IMG/VR virus record: IMGVR_UViG_3300050151_000071
Location: 1-64,000 of that record
Origin: a virus
Taxonomy: Duplodnaviria; Caudoviricetes
DNA length: 64,000 nucleotides
Reading direction: 5' to 3' (one strand)
Part shown: one piece after another, positions 61,441-64,000 of the stretch
Layout of the letters: each line of letters opens with the position of its first letter
Numbering within the stretch: position 1 is the first letter of the stretch
The notes under the pieces: generated by a model
What the model saw: the letters and a program-made list of their open reading frames with translations, nothing else
The model's database searches: none
What the model was told of the DNA's origin: nothing
Program-made: the position numbers and the translations under genes

Positions 61441-62511
61441 CTATTCGTCGTCTTCAACCTCTGTATCAAGTGACAGAGATGTGGGTGATAACTTAAACTT
61501 CTTCTCAACGAATGCTTTGAATCCTGGGCGCTTCAAAATTACTCCCAAGAAGTCTTCGTTTTCCGTTCCTGATTCCTTCACTGGCTTATCGATTAGAATC
61601 TCACCGGTATCTGGATCTACTAGATCGTAGTAACCCTTCTTTGGATTCGTTGCATCTCCTGATTCGAGGGCAAGATCTAAGATTGATGACCACTTGTTCA
61701 CGCCCGTCTCGAACGATACGTTGAAGGACAACTTTTCCTTTTCACGGACGAAGCGAGACTTCTCGATGTTGATCGTGAAGTTGAATCCGTGTAGGACCTT
61801 TGTAGCACCTTGTCCAGTCGCATCCTGAGCCTTCGTGATAATGAAGATCTGGTTTGCAAAGTACACAGGAGCACTACCACCACCAACAACATTCTTAGAG
61901 AACATTTCCATGGTCTTGTAGATGTGGTTGATTGCAATACACGGAATATTCTTCGTGGTTAATTGTGGAGTTATAATACGCAAGAAGCTACGAAGAGCTT
62001 TTGCGCGAGTCATATCAGCAACAGACTTTTCGTCTAGTGCATCTTCCACTTCCTTCTTGGAACCAAGGCCCAATGAGTCAATCATGATGAATACTTTGTC
62101 ACCACGCTCGATATCATTCAAACGTTGGACCATATCAAACTTCAATTGTTCAATGTGTTCGATTGGAATGTGCAGTACACGTGAAGTATCAATATTGTAA
62201 GCCATTAGATACTCAGGAGTGATACCAAACTCCGAGTCATATACGATAGCAATAGCTTCTGGATATTTGTTGAGATAAGCTCTCATACAATAAAGACCAA
62301 GCAATGTCTTGAACGACTTCGATTCCCCAGCAAATAGTGTTAGTCCAGGGACTAAACCACCATCTAGTGATCCGGAGAATGCGAGGTTAAGAATTGGAAG
62401 GTCTGTTTGAATTACGTCTTTGTTATTAAAGAATGCTGATTCGGACAGCACAGACGCGAAGGCCGAAGATGCTCCACTCTTGAGCATCTTAGCCATTAGG
62501 CTACTAGTCAT
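61441..62511 (-). CDS. uvsX: RecA-like recombinase UvsX
   Basis: LNLAFSG...GG, GESKSFKT, YDSEFG, IDSLG and DMTRAK. Confidence 0.95.
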   Translation of the reverse strand: MTSSLMAKMLKSGASSAFASVLSESAFFNNKDVIQTDLPILNLAFSGSLDGGLVPGLTLFAGESKSFKTLLGLYCMRAYLNKYPEAIAIVYDSEFGITPEYLMAYNIDTSRVLHIPIEHIEQLKFDMVQRLNDIERGDKVFIMIDSLGLGSKKEVEDALDEKSVADMTRAKALRSFLRIITPQLTTKNIPCIAINHIYKTMEMFSKNVVGGGSAPVYFANQIFIITKAQDATGQGATKVLHGFNFTINIEKSRFVREKEKLSFNVSFETGVNKWSSILDLALESGDATNPKKGYYDLVDPDTGEILIDKPVKESGTENEDFLGVILKRPGFKAFVEKKFKLSPTSLSLDTEVEDDE

Positions 62512-62573
62512 ATGTTTTCTTTCTATATCTGGATTGATTGTTTTAAAGTGGGGAATTACCCCACTGCACATAT

Positions 62574-63518
62574 TTATTCGTCAGAGGTGCTTGCTAACTC
62601 AATCAAGCTGACATTATTTGCATCAGGTTGAGCTTTACGAATAGCTCTTACGTTAGAGAGCCATTGTGCTTCTGTCTCCTCTGGAATTACTTCCTCCGGA
62701 ACGTCAGCCACTTCTTCCGCTATGTTTTCTTCTAAAATAGGTTCTGGTATAATAGGTTGAATATCTGGTAAAGGAGCCAGCTTAGCTGGTCTCTTTCGTT
62801 CTATTTCAAATCCCGATTGTGCTGCAATTAGCAGCGAGATTGCTAGTGGATCAAATACAACCACTAGCAAAATTATCATCCAGCGAACAGCTTTATCATA
62901 CGATGCAGCGTCAGCTTGGGTTCCATATATTAGTTCTGCAACATACTTGATAGGCCCGATTTCAGCTTCAGCGCCTGCCACGTTTGTTCGTAGTTTGTCT
63001 CGGGCAGCCGCTGCTGTATCACGCTCACTATACAGTCCAGCTCGACGCTCACTGATCTGAGCTCTTTCATTGCGCTGTCTGTTTCTGACAGCGGAAGCTC
63101 GTTCCGGATCTGCTCCAGTAACGAGAACATCAAGAGAAGTTGTTTGTGCATCGAGTCTGCTAAGTTCTGATTCGATGCGTTTAATAGTTTCATCATACTG
63201 CTTTACTTGTTGAATGGCAACAGTTGTTCCGCTTGTGTTTTGCAAATGAGCTTTGGATAAGAAACCAAACGTTCCCATTGAGGTAATTGCCATTAACAAA
63301 ACTACCGCTGTACACAGGTACACTTTAAGTGCTTTGTTAGCAAGATGCCAATATTTGTGTAACCAAGCTGCTGCTGCAACCTTACCAGCTTCTAACACAG
63401 CTCCCATAATAATGACAGCTATTGTGGCTCCAGTAAAAATAGCAGCAAGACCAGTTACCGAATAGAATGCAGCAACAACCGATATCAAAAGCGCTACAGC
63501 CAGAATTACCCTGTTCAT
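62574..63518 (-). CDS. membrane protein with a coiled coil
   Basis: Three N-terminal TM helices; GFLSKAH, E.GPIKY.AE and VFDPLA. Confidence 0.75.
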   Translation of the reverse strand: MNRVILAVALLISVVAAFYSVTGLAAIFTGATIAVIIMGAVLEAGKVAAAAWLHKYWHLANKALKVYLCTAVVLLMAITSMGTFGFLSKAHLQNTSGTTVAIQQVKQYDETIKRIESELSRLDAQTTSLDVLVTGADPERASAVRNRQRNERAQISERRAGLYSERDTAAAARDKLRTNVAGAEAEIGPIKYVAELIYGTQADAASYDKAVRWMIILLVVVFDPLAISLLIAAQSGFEIERKRPAKLAPLPDIQPIIPEPILEENIAEEVADVPEEVIPEETEAQWLSNVRAIRKAQPDANNVSLIELASTSDE

Positions 63519-63799
63519 TACACTAAATCATCTTCTGATGGTGTCAGGTCAATCACTTCAAACATTTTCGTTATGAACTTGTTAATTGCTTCGCCGCGAT
63601 TTGGCCACTTAATATATTCGCGCTCCGGATCCTTTGCTAGATTATGCAACAACGGAAGGATCATGTCCTTTAGTTTCATTGCACGTTCTAACCACTCAAC
63701 AGTGTTTTGGTCACCAATTAAAGCAATCTCTTTAGTGATATCATCTTCCGAATGGAAGCTGAACCCAAAGTCTCCGTATTCTGTTTGTACTTTAGTCAA
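63518..63799 (-). CDS. hypothetical protein
   Basis: 93-aa ORF, TAATG coupling. Confidence 0.7.
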   Translation of the reverse strand: MTKVQTEYGDFGFSFHSEDDITKEIALIGDQNTVEWLERAMKLKDMILPLLHNLAKDPEREYIKWPNRGEAINKFITKMFEVIDLTPSEDDLV

Positions 63800-64000
63800 A
63801 GAACAAGTCCTCCAAGGTTGGTACTTTCTCTACAGCCCATCCGATAGCAGTTGCAATTGCCTTAATAGGTTCAACTACTGCCTTGTCAAATTGCAAGCGA
63901 TAGTTGATGAATCGTTGTAGATCCAACTCCTTAGGAATCTCTCCTGTAGTTGAGACTATGTTTTCGTGTACAGGATTAGGCACAATCAAGTGACAGAACT
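63792..64000 (-). CDS. gp43: family B DNA polymerase, C-terminal end (truncated by the window)
   Basis: FCHLIVPNPVHENIVS, INY..QFDKA.VEP and the LEDLFF clamp-binding tail; frame open to the window edge. Confidence 0.9.
   Translation of the reverse strand, partial: FCHLIVPNPVHENIVSTTGEIPKELDLQRFINYRLQFDKAVVEPIKAIATAIGWAVEKVPTLEDLFFD

Noticed and set aside
1-64000. Genome-wide TAG reassignment (genetic code 15)
   Set aside because: All long conserved genes are open in code 11 with no internal TAG, and several genes use TAG as a true stop

Overview
A 64-kb segment of a large T4-like (myovirus-type) dsDNA phage genome, coded almost entirely on the minus strand. The host is probably an alphaproteobacterium, inferred from a GapR/DUF2312 homologue and a tRNA-His that has A73 and lacks G-1. 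The right third holds core replication and nucleotide genes: gp43 C-terminus, uvsX, gp41, gp61, td, frd, nrdA, nrdB, glutaredoxin, rnh, phoH and an exonuclease. The left two thirds are an accessory and tRNA region. It contains about 15 tRNA genes, including two with a CUA (amber) anticodon and a tRNA-Leu(UAA) split by a group I intron. It also has at least seven non-canonical tRNA-like or structured RNAs, tRNA repair and modification enzymes (Rnl1, CCA enzyme, HD protein, RlmN-like radical SAM), four free-standing endonucleases, a NadE/NMNAT/PRTase/2OG-oxygenase cluster, NADAR and an Acb1-like 2H phosphoesterase. A four-domain Alt-like ADP-ribosyltransferase lies further right, next to nrdB. 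The strongest candidates for undescribed biology are: (1) amber-suppressor tRNAs together with an early HD gene that has TAG at codon 3, while core genes back up their TAG stops with TAA; (2) a tandem array of seven His-rich proteins sharing an N-terminal leader, resembling a capsid-targeted injected-protein cassette locus; (3) a family of odd tRNA-shaped RNAs, including two with about 45-50 nt D-loop insertions and two paralogous RNAs with compensatory covariation; (4) an ORF-less tRNA intron abutting an HNH gene. All calls come from reading motifs by eye; no database searches or folding programs were run.
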